The notes below the pieces were generated by a model that searched no databases, was not told the origin of the DNA, and was given only the letters and a program-made list of their open reading frames with translations. From a virus: DNA of 64,000 bases. Every line of letters begins with the position of its first letter. The first letter of the stretch is position 1. A program made the position numbers and the translations under genes. The stretch spans positions 64,001-128,000 of IMG/VR virus record IMGVR_UViG_3300042516_004811; one strand, 5' to 3'. Positions 8,922-17,906 of the stretch are shown one piece after another.

Positions 8922-10313
8922 ATGCTCCTTAAATCACGTAACCTCAAAAGTGCTGCGCTAGCTATCGTCCTTCTTCTTACGGCAGCTGTTGGGTTAACCC
9001 AATCAGCTCCAAAATCAACAGTTTATGCAAGTGCTAGCAGTGGTGGGCCTATTGTTCTTGATGGAATGGACCCCGTTTGTCACGCGTCATATAACGAAAA
9101 TACCGACCAATACATTGCCAAGGTCCTGAAAAGTGTTTATGACCAGTCAATAATGCCGTCAAACACCGGGAAGATTGCAATTCTTGGAATCTCTAACCCA
9201 TTAAGTGCGGGTGGGTGTGGAGGAAACTGGAACACCTTCTTAAGCGGTGATTTTTCTTCTGAATTTTCTACAGCTCCAGTTTATGAGTTTATTACGACGG
9301 CTGCAGAGTTAGAGACCTTCTTTTCAACCACCATCTCCTCTGCTCCGCCAAAAATGCTATGGATTCCTGATGATTGGAGTCGCTCTGGTGCAGTCAGCTC
9401 AATATTCACCGCCAATGCAGAGAAAATAGCTGACTTCGTTAATTCTGGTGGCGGATTGTTTGCAAATTACAATCCATATGGTTGGCTTACCGCCCTTCTT
9501 CCTGGTGCTGTATTCAATGACGGAGGATGCAATGGTGGTCCAGAGGCGACGGCTGATGGAAACACGGACTTCGGCCTAACTAACTCAATTGTTGCAGCCT
9601 GCTGGCATGGGTATTTCACTGGAAATCTTGGGACACTAAAGACCCTGGTTGACTACCCATATCCAGGCCCAACCTCACCACGTGTTGCTGTTTCCGTTGG
9701 TGGTGGAGAAGTTTCACTACCAAGCTCATTCACCTTGTCTATTAGTCCAGATAATCCAGCCGCCGGAACACCTTTAACGATTACCGCCACGGCCCAGACG
9801 CTTGCTGGTGTGCCACAGACTGGCGTCTCTGTAAGCATCACAGTTACCGGTGGACCAGATGCTGGTCAAACATTTACAGCAACAACCGATTCTTCCGGAA
9901 TAGCAACAATAACAATTAATACGTCTTCAACTGGAACAAATGTTTATACGGCAACAGCAACCGTTAACGGTGTTGTTAAGACCGTTTCTATTACGGTGAC
10001 CTGGGCTCCAGCTCCAGAAACAACCGTGCCAGAAACTACCGTTCCGGAAACAACCGTTCCGGAAACCACCGTTCCAGAAACAACCGTGCCAGAGACAACT
10101 ATTCCAGAACCGGAAACAACAGTTCCTGTTCCAACTACCGTTGAGCCGCCAGTGGATTCCCCAACAACAACCCATGACCACTCGTCACATGAGCATGGAC
10201 CGCTTCCGGAAACTGGAGCCAATAGCCGCTCACCAATGAGGGTAGCTGCACTTCTGGTGGCTGCAGGTCTTTTGATTGTTGCGATTCGCAGAAGGCTCAC
10301 CTCAAAAGACTAA
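8922..10313 (+). CDS. secreted LPXTG cell-wall-anchored protein with Ig-like (Big_1-like) domain and PETTV repeats
   Basis: Signal peptide; Thr-rich Ig-like segment (TATTDSSGIAT); LPETG followed by hydrophobic stretch and RRR tail. Confidence 0.8.
   Translation: MLLKSRNLKSAALAIVLLLTAAVGLTQSAPKSTVYASASSGGPIVLDGMDPVCHASYNENTDQYIAKVLKSVYDQSIMPSNTGKIAILGISNPLSAGGCGGNWNTFLSGDFSSEFSTAPVYEFITTAAELETFFSTTISSAPPKMLWIPDDWSRSGAVSSIFTANAEKIADFVNSGGGLFANYNPYGWLTALLPGAVFNDGGCNGGPEATADGNTDFGLTNSIVAACWHGYFTGNLGTLKTLVDYPYPGPTSPRVAVSVGGGEVSLPSSFTLSISPDNPAAGTPLTITATAQTLAGVPQTGVSVSITVTGGPDAGQTFTATTDSSGIATITINTSSTGTNVYTATATVNGVVKTVSITVTWAPAPETTVPETTVPETTVPETTVPETTVPETTIPEPETTVPVPTTVEPPVDSPTTTHDHSSHEHGPLPETGANSRSPMRVAALLVAAGLLIVAIRRRLTSKD
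10014..10103 (+). repeat. six tandem 15-bp repeats encoding PETT(V/I)
   Basis: ccagaaacaaccgtg-like units with synonymous variation. Confidence 0.9.
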
Positions 10314-10549
10314 GAGTTTTTTGATTCCTTTTGCCCCTGTGAATAAATTGCGTAATCGATAACCTGCTCCAGCGAGGAGTGCTGTTCACCGAGGTACTTA
10401 TTCTCCCCGATGATGGTGGCAAGAAATCCAGCGATATCTTTCCACATCTGAACTTCGTTTTTTAGATTAGTGATTGTTTCGGCAGCTGTGAGAAATGACT
10501 TAAGCCCATGTTCCCAATGCAGTTCAACTAAGTGGTCCTCTAGGTTCAT
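10310..10549 (-). CDS. hypothetical protein
   Basis: 79-aa ORF in a run of tightly packed minus-strand genes. Confidence 0.5.
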   Translation of the reverse strand: MNLEDHLVELHWEHGLKSFLTAAETITNLKNEVQMWKDIAGFLATIIGENKYLGEQHSSLEQVIDYAIYSQGQKESKNS

Positions 10550-10712
10550 TCTTTATTCGTCCATTTCGTGATTTCGCATGTCAAAAAATGGCTTCAACTC
10601 TTCTTCGGTTGCGCCACGTGCATATGCTACAAGAAACATTTTTTCTGCAAGAATCTTCCACTGCTCAAGCCTATGCTGAGTCTGTAGGTAGCGGGAATAG
10701 GTGACCGACCCC

Positions 10713-10925
10713 TCACCCATTGTCATCATCAGCAATCTCGTAATCATCCATGCTTTCCACGGTGTTGCGAAGTTCATCTTCGGTCATGGATGCGGCTTTA
10801 TCGCTGATACTGAAAATCCATTCACCATCTTCACGTATTCGAGCTTCAATTAGTCCAGCACGATATAAAGACCAAATATCTTTATGAAGGTCATTCATGT
10901 TGTACCCATTGTTATCTTGTGTCAC
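10713..10925 (-). CDS. hypothetical protein
   Basis: GTG start preceded by AAGGAGAGG. Confidence 0.55.
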   Translation of the reverse strand: MTQDNNGYNMNDLHKDIWSLYRAGLIEARIREDGEWIFSISDKAASMTEDELRNTVESMDDYEIADDDNG

Positions 10926-10950
10926 TTTCCTCTCCTTCTGTTTCTTGTTG

Positions 10951-11030
10951 TGGGCAAGGAGGGACTCGAACCCTCACTCCTAAGAACTGGTACCTAAAAC
11001 CAGCGCGTCTGCCAATTCCGCCACTCGCCC
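10951..11030 (-). tRNA. tRNA-Leu(UAG)
   Basis: GGGCGAGTGGCGGAATTGGCAGACGCG...TTTAGGT...variable arm...GGTTCGAGTCC. Confidence 0.93.
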
Positions 11031-11036
11031 TATTTG

Positions 11037-11669
11037 TTACTCGGTATCTATCCCGTAATGATATCTGTCATCGTCGGACGTTCTCCACTTAGAGGCATCC
11101 TCGACATCCCATTGTCTAGTATTTATTAGACGGTCAATCAAGTTACCTTTTTTGGTTGTAAATGACGGGTCAAACATTCTGACCCTATTATTTGGCTGAA
11201 TTGCAAAATTGCCATCATCTCTTAGAATTACATGGCCACATTTGTGTTGCCCCGGATTCATGCTGAATCCAGCATTTGTCTGGTTGTCCTCGGGGTGATG
11301 CCAATCAAGAGTGAACAGGTATTTACCACTGACAAACTCTCCAGACCTGGAGACATACGTCATTCTCATGTTCCTCATGGCCTGGAATTCCGTAACAGTC
11401 ACATATGGGCTGAATGAGTTCCAAAGAACAAGTTCGTGAATATCAACCTCTTTTGTTCCCGGTTCTGCACAGAATGCACTTATTGGCATTCTCCACCAAA
11501 CACCACCATCCTCCATTAGAAAGTGAAATAGAGGGCTCCGTCCCTGTATTGAGGCAACACCAAAAATCATGCATGGGAAGTATTTATCGTGTGAATCTTT
11601 CTGATTCCTTAGATAATTGCCACGTACGTAACATTCGATTGCGGGAATATTGGCATTCAGTTCTGGCAT
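11037..11669 (-). CDS. hypothetical phage protein
   Basis: 210-aa ORF (YLFTLDW, GNFAIQPNNR); no function recognised. Confidence 0.7.
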   Translation of the reverse strand: MPELNANIPAIECYVRGNYLRNQKDSHDKYFPCMIFGVASIQGRSPLFHFLMEDGGVWWRMPISAFCAEPGTKEVDIHELVLWNSFSPYVTVTEFQAMRNMRMTYVSRSGEFVSGKYLFTLDWHHPEDNQTNAGFSMNPGQHKCGHVILRDDGNFAIQPNNRVRMFDPSFTTKKGNLIDRLINTRQWDVEDASKWRTSDDDRYHYGIDTE

Positions 11670-11687
11670 GTGAAAAACACTAGCACC

Positions 11688-12611
11688 CTACTTGGTGCAG
11701 GTGATTGAACGCGAGTCCAGGATATTTCCATCAATATCAATGAAATATGTATTGACAGTCTTTCCACGAATCTCGAGAACAAGTACTCCATGCTCATCAT
11801 CAATCATCTTCATTGACCCTGGAATTGGTTGACCAACACTTCTGAGACCCTTACCGCCAGTTCCAACGACAAACTGAATTGGCTCCATGTCTATTCCCTT
11901 ATAGGTCTCAAATCTCTCATAATGGTGGTCATGCGCTGTAAGCACTAGCGGAACATTATTGCCATCCATCAGGTCAAAGATTTCGGAAACAACCATGTTG
12001 CTGCCATGGTTTCCTGAAGAGTATCTAGGTTGATGCATCATTGGAATTACACACTGCTGACCATATTTGTTTAGCTCAGCTCCGAACCATGCGTATTGCT
12101 CTGAATCACGAGAACAGTCAACGTCACTGCACTGGTCATTGGTATTAAGGCCAACAAGAACCCAGTCGTTGTTGAGAAGTCTTGAGTAATACCCGGATGT
12201 TCCAAAGCGCTCACCCCACTTGGCGTAGTAACCACGCGCCCCACCTTCTGCATACTCATGATTCCCAGGGATGGGCATTGAGATTGGAATAATGTCTTGC
12301 CAAATAATGCCGAAGTTTCTATCGAAGTTTTCAACCGTATGGCTGTTGTACTGAATATCCCCAAGAAGAAGGGCATAGTCGGGGTCAATGGTTCTTACTA
12401 ACTGAGCCACCCGCTCATCAGCACAGTCATAATCTCCAGAATTCCTTTGCGCCTGACTGCAGGAAATGTCACCAACCGCGACAAGGGTCAGGACCTCTTC
12501 AACCTGTGGTTCAGTTGTTGTACTGGCTTGCTCTGCGTCATCGGAAGAGCTACTGCATGCTGCAAGCAAAACGCTAGAAGCAATCGCTACAGAAATGATT
12601 TTCTTCTTCAT
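11688..12611 (-). CDS. calcineurin-like metallophosphoesterase lipoprotein
   Basis: Lipobox LAAC; AVGDI, LLGDIQY, PGNHEY, AHDHHYER motifs. Confidence 0.88.
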   Translation of the reverse strand: MKKKIISVAIASSVLLAACSSSSDDAEQASTTTEPQVEEVLTLVAVGDISCSQAQRNSGDYDCADERVAQLVRTIDPDYALLLGDIQYNSHTVENFDRNFGIIWQDIIPISMPIPGNHEYAEGGARGYYAKWGERFGTSGYYSRLLNNDWVLVGLNTNDQCSDVDCSRDSEQYAWFGAELNKYGQQCVIPMMHQPRYSSGNHGSNMVVSEIFDLMDGNNVPLVLTAHDHHYERFETYKGIDMEPIQFVVGTGGKGLRSVGQPIPGSMKMIDDEHGVLVLEIRGKTVNTYFIDIDGNILDSRSITCTK

Positions 12612-12677
12612 TGAATTACCCTCCATGGGTCTAGGTATTTGGAATATTACATGCATCTGTTGACAACATCAACACGA

Positions 12678-13475
12678 CTAGCCACTGGTGACGTAAATAA
12701 TGTCACCGTTTGTGCGCTCTCTCCCCCTGCCAAGTGGGTTATTTACTACCAAACCCTTGCTGTACATCACGGACGAGCCCCCACCATCAAGGTTGTAGGC
12801 GGTTTTACAACCCTGAGAAGCGAATAGTTCAGCGAACTCCCCAAGAGTCATGCCCATGCTGTATCCAGGGCTTCTACCATCAACAACTATAAGTACAAAC
12901 TTATTTTTTTCAACCATACAAATCCCTGTTCTTGGATGTCGGCCATTTATAGACCTGCCAGTATCGACCTCGTAATAGTCGTCGATGCCTTCTGGAATTT
13001 GCCATTCATCTATGAGCACTGGCCCGAATGAAAATGAATTTAGGACACCAGCCGCATTAAGTGACTCTACGGATATTTCTTTTTCTTTGTAGATAATCAT
13101 TTCCCCAGATGAAGTTATGGACATCCCATCACGCTTCGGCTTGTTTATGAGGACTTTTCCACCCCTGATAATCACGCCATTATTTCGATATGTAAAGAAA
13201 TCACCATTGATAGCCAGCTCTGCCCCGGCATCTCTTGCCACCTCAGATGTATGACCCCTGGCGACCATTGAACCCATATCTCGCGGGTCTCCAAGCTCCA
13301 CTTCCGCAACATAATAGGTAACGGCTTCTTTGCCGCTACCAACAGACCTCGTTGTAATGGATATTGCTGTTTTATCTTCAATTGTGGTTGAAGTCTGCTG
13401 AATGTCAACACTTTTCGAGCTGCACGATGCAAGCAGAAAACTGAACCCAATAACGATGGTCAATCGCTTATTCAC
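12678..13475 (-). CDS. phosphodiester glycosidase (NAGPA-like) family lipoprotein
   Basis: Lipobox LASC; AINGDFF, HPRTGI, VVDGR, AYNLDGGGSS; GTG start downstream of tRNA-Ser. Confidence 0.85.
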   Translation of the reverse strand: MNKRLTIVIGFSFLLASCSSKSVDIQQTSTTIEDKTAISITTRSVGSGKEAVTYYVAEVELGDPRDMGSMVARGHTSEVARDAGAELAINGDFFTYRNNGVIIRGGKVLINKPKRDGMSITSSGEMIIYKEKEISVESLNAAGVLNSFSFGPVLIDEWQIPEGIDDYYEVDTGRSINGRHPRTGICMVEKNKFVLIVVDGRSPGYSMGMTLGEFAELFASQGCKTAYNLDGGGSSVMYSKGLVVNNPLGRGRERTNGDIIYVTSG

Positions 13476-13493
13476 AGTGTCATCCTTGTGTAC

Positions 13494-13583
13494 TGGCGGA
13501 AGAGGAGGGATTTGAACCCCCGGTCCGCGCAAACGGACTCCTGTTTTCAAGACAGGTGCATTCGGCCGCTCTGCCACTCTTCC
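13494..13583 (-). tRNA. tRNA-Ser(UGA)
   Basis: GGAAGAGTGGCAGAGCGGCCGAATGC...CTTGAAA...long variable arm...CCA. Confidence 0.95.
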
Positions 13584-13598
13584 AGATTCTTATGTTAG

Positions 13599-13672
13599 TG
13601 GGCCCTGTGGGACTTGAACCCACGACCAACGGATTATGAGTCCGGCGCTCTAACCAACTGAGCTAAGGGCCC
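13599..13672 (-). tRNA. tRNA with CAU anticodon, most like tRNA-Ile2 (lysidine type)
   Basis: GGGCCCTTAGCTCAGTTGGTTAGAGC...GACTCATAATC...; resembles bacterial Ile2 more than Met tRNAs. Confidence 0.85.
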
Positions 13673-14154
13673 TAGTTTTTGGAAGCTAGTTCACTTATCT
13701 CCTTAAGTGCAATTTTGGGCACAAAATAAGCAGCTGGCCTATTTCCGTGCGTTTGGAGGTAATTGCTATTCTTTGCCTCAAGGCCGGAAATGTATCCCCA
13801 AATTCTGTAAACAGGGCATTTTCCGGTCACCAGAACATAAATATCATCGTCGTAGTCGTCTGGCCTTACTATGAGTTCATATGAGTGCGATGACCTAGTT
13901 CTAACCTGTATTGTTGCTCCGACATCGGCGTCTTTAAACGTGTCAATCCCACCATCCCAGTAAACGTTAAGGAACTTACTAACAGCCATCTCTCCACAGG
14001 CACCTTCGATATGTTCGCTCCATCCCAGCCCTGTAAAACCATGATTATCGGCACTGCCGCGACGTATCGAAGTTAATTGTCGCAAGCGACCGATTTCGGA
14101 TGCCATCGCATATTCGTGCCAGGAAAGTTCAACCTGGATAAATTTATTTGTCAT
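13672..14154 (-). CDS. hypothetical protein, possible PD-(D/E)XK-like fold
   Basis: GACGEMAV...DADVG...IQVRT pattern. Confidence 0.55.
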   Translation of the reverse strand: MTNKFIQVELSWHEYAMASEIGRLRQLTSIRRGSADNHGFTGLGWSEHIEGACGEMAVSKFLNVYWDGGIDTFKDADVGATIQVRTRSSHSYELIVRPDDYDDDIYVLVTGKCPVYRIWGYISGLEAKNSNYLQTHGNRPAAYFVPKIALKEISELASKN

Positions 14155-14157
14155 ATG

Positions 14158-14229
14158 TGGGCGCTGAGGGTCTCGAACCCCCGACCTACTCGGTGTAAAC
14201 GAGTTGCTCTACCGCTGAGCTAAGCGCCC
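14158..14229 (-). tRNA. tRNA-Val(UAC)
   Basis: GGGCGCTTAGCTCAGCGGTAGAGC...TTTACAC...GGTTCGAGACC. Confidence 0.94.
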
Positions 14230-14239
14230 CGAGTTCTTA

Positions 14240-14542
14240 TTAAAACAAACTATCGTGAGTCTCTGCTATTAATTTGTTTCTTGATGCATGAACCTGGGTC
14301 TTCTGGAATTCCGACTCGGACACCTCAACGAATGTCCACCATTCTTCGGTCATGTTGTTATCTGTTTCCCACGGCCGAGAGTGAATGCGTTCCTTCAGTA
14401 TGAGTCTCTTCTCTACTTGTCTTCCTGGCATTTTTTCTTCGCCATAGTAGATATTCATGTGGTCACCAGCTTGGGGTTTTCTTGTTTGCCATCGCACAAA
14501 AACTGCCTGACCACCATTAAATTCGACCAATTTCATACTCAT
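14240..14542 (-). CDS. hypothetical protein
   Basis: 100-aa ORF with GAGGGG upstream. Confidence 0.55.
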   Translation of the reverse strand: MSMKLVEFNGGQAVFVRWQTRKPQAGDHMNIYYGEEKMPGRQVEKRLILKERIHSRPWETDNNMTEEWWTFVEVSESEFQKTQVHASRNKLIAETHDSLF

Positions 14543-14598
14543 TAATTCCCCTCAATTTTTATTATGCGACATTGGCTAGTTGACGCGCACGGCAAACT

Positions 14599-14829
14599 TT
14601 ATCTAGGTTTTTGGGAAATTTCAATTCTCGCAATACACCGACCAGGCTCATCGCACACGTATGCGGTTTTGCCATTGTCCAGGCGAATGATGACCATGTA
14701 CTCTCTCGGCCTGTAGTAACCACAAGAGGCGCATTTCGCTGTTTCTAGAAATGCACCAACCGCCCTTAAGCCACCCCACAGGCCGGCGAGTGAAGCAAAG
14801 ATGGCCAAGACAAAAACAGTGTTGCTCAC
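14599..14829 (-). CDS. small membrane protein with Cys motifs
   Basis: Hydrophobic N-terminus; CASC...C...C. Confidence 0.5.
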   Translation of the reverse strand: MSNTVFVLAIFASLAGLWGGLRAVGAFLETAKCASCGYYRPREYMVIIRLDNGKTAYVCDEPGRCIARIEISQKPR

Positions 14830-14987
14830 TTCTTTCCCTTTTCCGAATCGTCAAGGTACTTGACAAGTGCCTCCCTAATAACTGAGCCAGTGGACAATTT
14901 GTTTTTTGCTGCGGCATCCTGAATGCGTTGATTCAGCTCCTCTGAGACATGAAGAACAAGTTTTGTGTATTGTTTGTTATTGGTCAT
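14826..14987 (-). CDS. ribbon-helix-helix (CopG-like) DNA-binding protein, 53 aa
   Basis: Manual translation MTNNKQYTKLVLHVSEELNQRIQDAAAKNKLSTGSVIREALVKYL. Confidence 0.65.
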   Translation of the reverse strand: MTNNKQYTKLVLHVSEELNQRIQDAAAKNKLSTGSVIREALVKYLDDSEKGKK

Positions 14988-14997
14988 AATTCCTCAG

Positions 14998-15072
14998 TGC
15001 TGAAGGTGGGATTTGAACCCACGTGTACCCCTACGGTTTCTACACTTTATAAGAGTGAGCCGATACTTCAGC
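14998..15072 (-). tRNA. atypical tRNA-like RNA with UAU (Ile) anticodon and no D-arm
   Basis: 7-bp acceptor GCTGAAG/CTTCAGC; T-arm GTGGG-TTCAAAT-CCCAC; anticodon arm CACT-CTTATAA-AGTG; only 8 nt where the D-arm belongs; 20-nt variable region. Confidence 0.7.
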
Positions 15073-15084
15073 CAAAGCTGATTT

Positions 15085-15414
15085 TTAATTGTCAGCTATG
15101 GCTATTCGTATTCGTTCAATGAGACTGCTTTTCCCATAACCAGTAATAGGAACCCTACCCACGTATGAGCCTTCCTTGATGACGACAAGAGCCGGGATTG
15201 ACTTAATGTCGTACTTAACAGCGAACTCCGGATAATCCTCGATGTTCATTTTGAAGATTGTTACTTCTGATGAAATCTCACCAGAAACTTCTTCCAAGAC
15301 TGGAGCGATTTGCTTACATGGACCACACCATGGAGCCCAAAAATCAACTACTACCGGAGTCTGGGAGGAGCCGACAAGTTCGTCGTAGGTGTCTGGAGTT
15401 AATTCGGTAATCAT
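15085..15414 (-). CDS. trxA: thioredoxin
   Basis: VVDFWAPWCGPCK and SIP motifs. Confidence 0.92.
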   Translation of the reverse strand: MITELTPDTYDELVGSSQTPVVVDFWAPWCGPCKQIAPVLEEVSGEISSEVTIFKMNIEDYPEFAVKYDIKSIPALVVIKEGSYVGRVPITGYGKSSLIERIRIAIADN

Positions 15415-15430
15415 GATTTGACTATACATC

Positions 15431-15841
15431 CTAGGCGGGCCAGAAATACGGCATCTCGGGATTTTCGCCCCATCCAAACTGGGAATAATGACTGAAATCT
15501 TTTCTCAGTAGATTTGCACGATGCGATGAGTGGACTCGCTCGTCTCCCCACCAAAAAGGCATATCAGATGCGTCCGGCTCTCCGTAGGAGAGAATCTTTT
15601 CCCGACATGTGTCTTTATACCCCCTTGCTATCCATGCATCACAAATTGCGACACCATAAGCAATTAGGCCGTTAATGTTGTCTGCCCACATCTTTGCCGC
15701 TGGATGATTTTTCCACCCAAGTGACACATCGAGATTGCAGCGAATAAGTTGAAATGTTTCAACTCGCTGTTTGCCGAGACGGGCTCTATCAAGAACCATT
15801 CCAGATTCACAAATATCCGCATAAGGAACGAATGTCTGCAC
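15431..15841 (-). CDS. pyrimidine dimer DNA glycosylase / MSMEG_6728-like protein
   Basis: MQTFVPY, RLGKQRVE, HPAAKMW, SHRANLLRKD. Confidence 0.8.
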   Translation of the reverse strand: MQTFVPYADICESGMVLDRARLGKQRVETFQLIRCNLDVSLGWKNHPAAKMWADNINGLIAYGVAICDAWIARGYKDTCREKILSYGEPDASDMPFWWGDERVHSSHRANLLRKDFSHYSQFGWGENPEMPYFWPA

Positions 15842-15868
15842 TTCCCCTCCAGAGTGTTAGTAGATGAG

Positions 15869-16315
15869 CTAATCGTATGCTGAGTTTGTCAACATGTCAA
15901 GAACATTTTCTGTCATCAACAGAAAACCGCGAGCTGGATTATCCGCACCACCAAGGTTGCGTTTTGTTGACTCATTAAATAGTGCAGTATTAGCACGGAG
16001 ATATCTTTTTAATCTGGATACAGAGATAATTACAAATGCTCCGTCCGGAGAATATATGTAAACCCACCACTTAGCAGTCGTAATGTTGATTCCGCTAGGA
16101 ACCCATACTTGCTCGCCATCAACTCGCAACCCCCTGGGGTTTTGGTTGGTTTCGACAACCATACGCCCATTTCTGTATCGGTCGCTTTTTACTTCAAAAT
16201 CTCCACCCTCAAGCGAATCAAGGAATCCGGATACAAGAGTTTCCCCCTCTTGTCCGTATGCAAGGTCTGCCCTGAAGTCAAAAGTCCGTGCAGGTATGTC
16301 AAATTCAGCAGCCAC
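15869..16315 (-). CDS. putative PD-(D/E)XK-like nuclease
   Basis: GE...FEVKSD...GRMVVE pattern. Confidence 0.55.
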   Translation of the reverse strand: MAAEFDIPARTFDFRADLAYGQEGETLVSGFLDSLEGGDFEVKSDRYRNGRMVVETNQNPRGLRVDGEQVWVPSGINITTAKWWVYIYSPDGAFVIISVSRLKRYLRANTALFNESTKRNLGGADNPARGFLLMTENVLDMLTNSAYD

Positions 16316-16343
16316 AGTTAGTACCTTCTTGTTGGGGCTGGAT

Positions 16344-16577
16344 TTACTCTTCGTCGAGCGGACCAGTGGTATTCAGTGTAGCGACGATAGCGCCCGATGC
16401 GTCAAGTGATTCTGATATGTCAGAAAAAACTGAATCGACAATCATCATCGACAGGTCTTCTGCTGAAAGTCTTGCCTCCATGAGGTCGTCCTGACTGCCG
16501 TCACCTTTATCGATAACTTCATAAATTACGTTATAAATACTGTCACTAAGTTTAAGTTTTGCTTCTGGGTTCGGCAT
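16344..16577 (-). CDS. hypothetical acidic protein
   Basis: ORF from ATG MPNPEAK. Confidence 0.45.
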   Translation of the reverse strand: MPNPEAKLKLSDSIYNVIYEVIDKGDGSQDDLMEARLSAEDLSMMIVDSVFSDISESLDASGAIVATLNTTGPLDEE

Positions 16578-16639
16578 GGTTGACAGCGTACTACATCCGT
16601 GGATATAGTGATGTCCCAACCCGTGAGTTCAGGAGAAAA

Positions 16640-17125
16640 ATGAATACATCACCAATCACTGTCATCGGTAATCTTACCGCTGACCCAGAGGCAACATTCA
16701 CCACTTCAGGCCAGATGAAGCTGACTTTCACAGTCGCCGCTTCTCACATCTGGTACGACAATGATGGTGCCAAGCAGGAAAAGACCAGCTTCTTTAATGT
16801 TGCCGCATGGCGATATGTCGCAGAGAACGCAGCCAAAACCCTCGAAAAGGGAATCGGAGTCATCGTATATGGTCGCCTTGAACAGCGCTCATACGAGGAC
16901 AAGGAAGGCAATAATCGCTCATTCATTGAGCTAGTTGCCGAGGAGGTTGGAATTTCCACCCGTTCAATCGAAGAGGTTACCCGCCGTACCTCTAGTGGAA
17001 ACACGCAGCAGGGCGGTCAGCAGCGCCCACAGGGCAATCAGCAGCGTCGTCAGCGTCCAGCCACCCCGGCTGGCGTTGGTGCCTCAACAATCCCTGGCAT
17101 GGACTCATCAGAAGAGCCCTTCTGA
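16640..17125 (+). CDS. ssb: single-stranded DNA-binding protein
   Basis: ITVIGNLTADPE, GRLEQRSY, acidic C-terminal EEPF; AGGAG ribosome-binding site. Confidence 0.93.
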   Translation: MNTSPITVIGNLTADPEATFTTSGQMKLTFTVAASHIWYDNDGAKQEKTSFFNVAAWRYVAENAAKTLEKGIGVIVYGRLEQRSYEDKEGNNRSFIELVAEEVGISTRSIEEVTRRTSSGNTQQGGQQRPQGNQQRRQRPATPAGVGASTIPGMDSSEEPF

Positions 17126-17139
17126 TATAGCCCCCCCCG

Positions 17140-17181
17140 AAGGGGTCCACCGTGGGAAAACCTGCGGTGGACCCCTTTTTT
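17140..17181 (+). terminator. intrinsic terminator after ssb
   Basis: AAGGGGTCCACCG...CGGTGGACCCCTT hairpin followed by a T-run. Confidence 0.85.
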
Positions 17182-17284
17182 GTGTTCTAAAAATATTTCT
17201 TTGATTGGGGTTGTCCCGGTAGGACATACTGGTTACTATGTCAACACCTAAACAAAACACCTACTGAAAAGGGGAGTTATAGAC

Positions 17285-17524
17285 ATGTCTGAATATGACA
17301 AGCTCAAGCAAAAGGGAATGGGTAGAGGAAGGCCTCGCCATACTCCGGAACAAAAGGCAGAATCTCAGGCTAGAAATGCTGTTCGTCAAGAGGCGCGCAG
17401 GAGAGCACACCTGGTTCTAAAGAACAGACACTCGGGTGAGTTCACGGAAATTTATGAGCAGGAACTCAAGGCTCTTGCTTCAGAAAACTCCCCCGCAAAA
17501 AGGACAAAAAGCACTCGTAAGTAG
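17285..17524 (+). CDS. small basic DNA-binding protein (AT-hook-like GRGRPR)
   Basis: GGGGAG ribosome-binding site; GRGRPR motif. Confidence 0.6.
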   Translation: MSEYDKLKQKGMGRGRPRHTPEQKAESQARNAVRQEARRRAHLVLKNRHSGEFTEIYEQELKALASENSPAKRTKSTRK

Positions 17525-17906
17525 TTGATTGCGGTGGGGTCGAGTATTACTCGGCCTCATCGCTTTCATTTTCGCTACCACTTTTTTTGGCGAGCCTATT
17601 CTTTGTGTGCTCGTAGATGGCAATCATGTCCATCATCTCTTCGTAGCCTTCACGTCTTTCGGTGTCGCCAATTTCTGCAACATAGTCGAGGTCAGCGTCA
17701 TCTAGACCAATCCATGGAGTTGTCATATCTACTCCCTTTCTCGTCTTCTTGTTCGTTTTATGACTTTTTTCTTTGACTGGCCGTATTCAACTTCTAGCCA
17801 ATCATCAAAGTCTTCATATGCCCCAGGGCTTGACTTTACGTATCTTTCGTACTCGGCTAGTAGCTCGATGTACTCATCATCATCCTGGTCAAACGACCTA
17901 CCCATT

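Noticed and set aside
13476-13577. N-terminal extension of ORF 12678..13577 (likewise 6639..6740 and ORFs 8650..8961, 28941..29270, 29378..29638)
   Set aside because: These are translations through tRNA genes
13494-13583. tRNA with UGA anticodon as a stop suppressor or sign of genetic recoding
   Set aside because: Anticodon UGA reads Ser UCA; all three stops end genes and long ORFs are intact in the standard code
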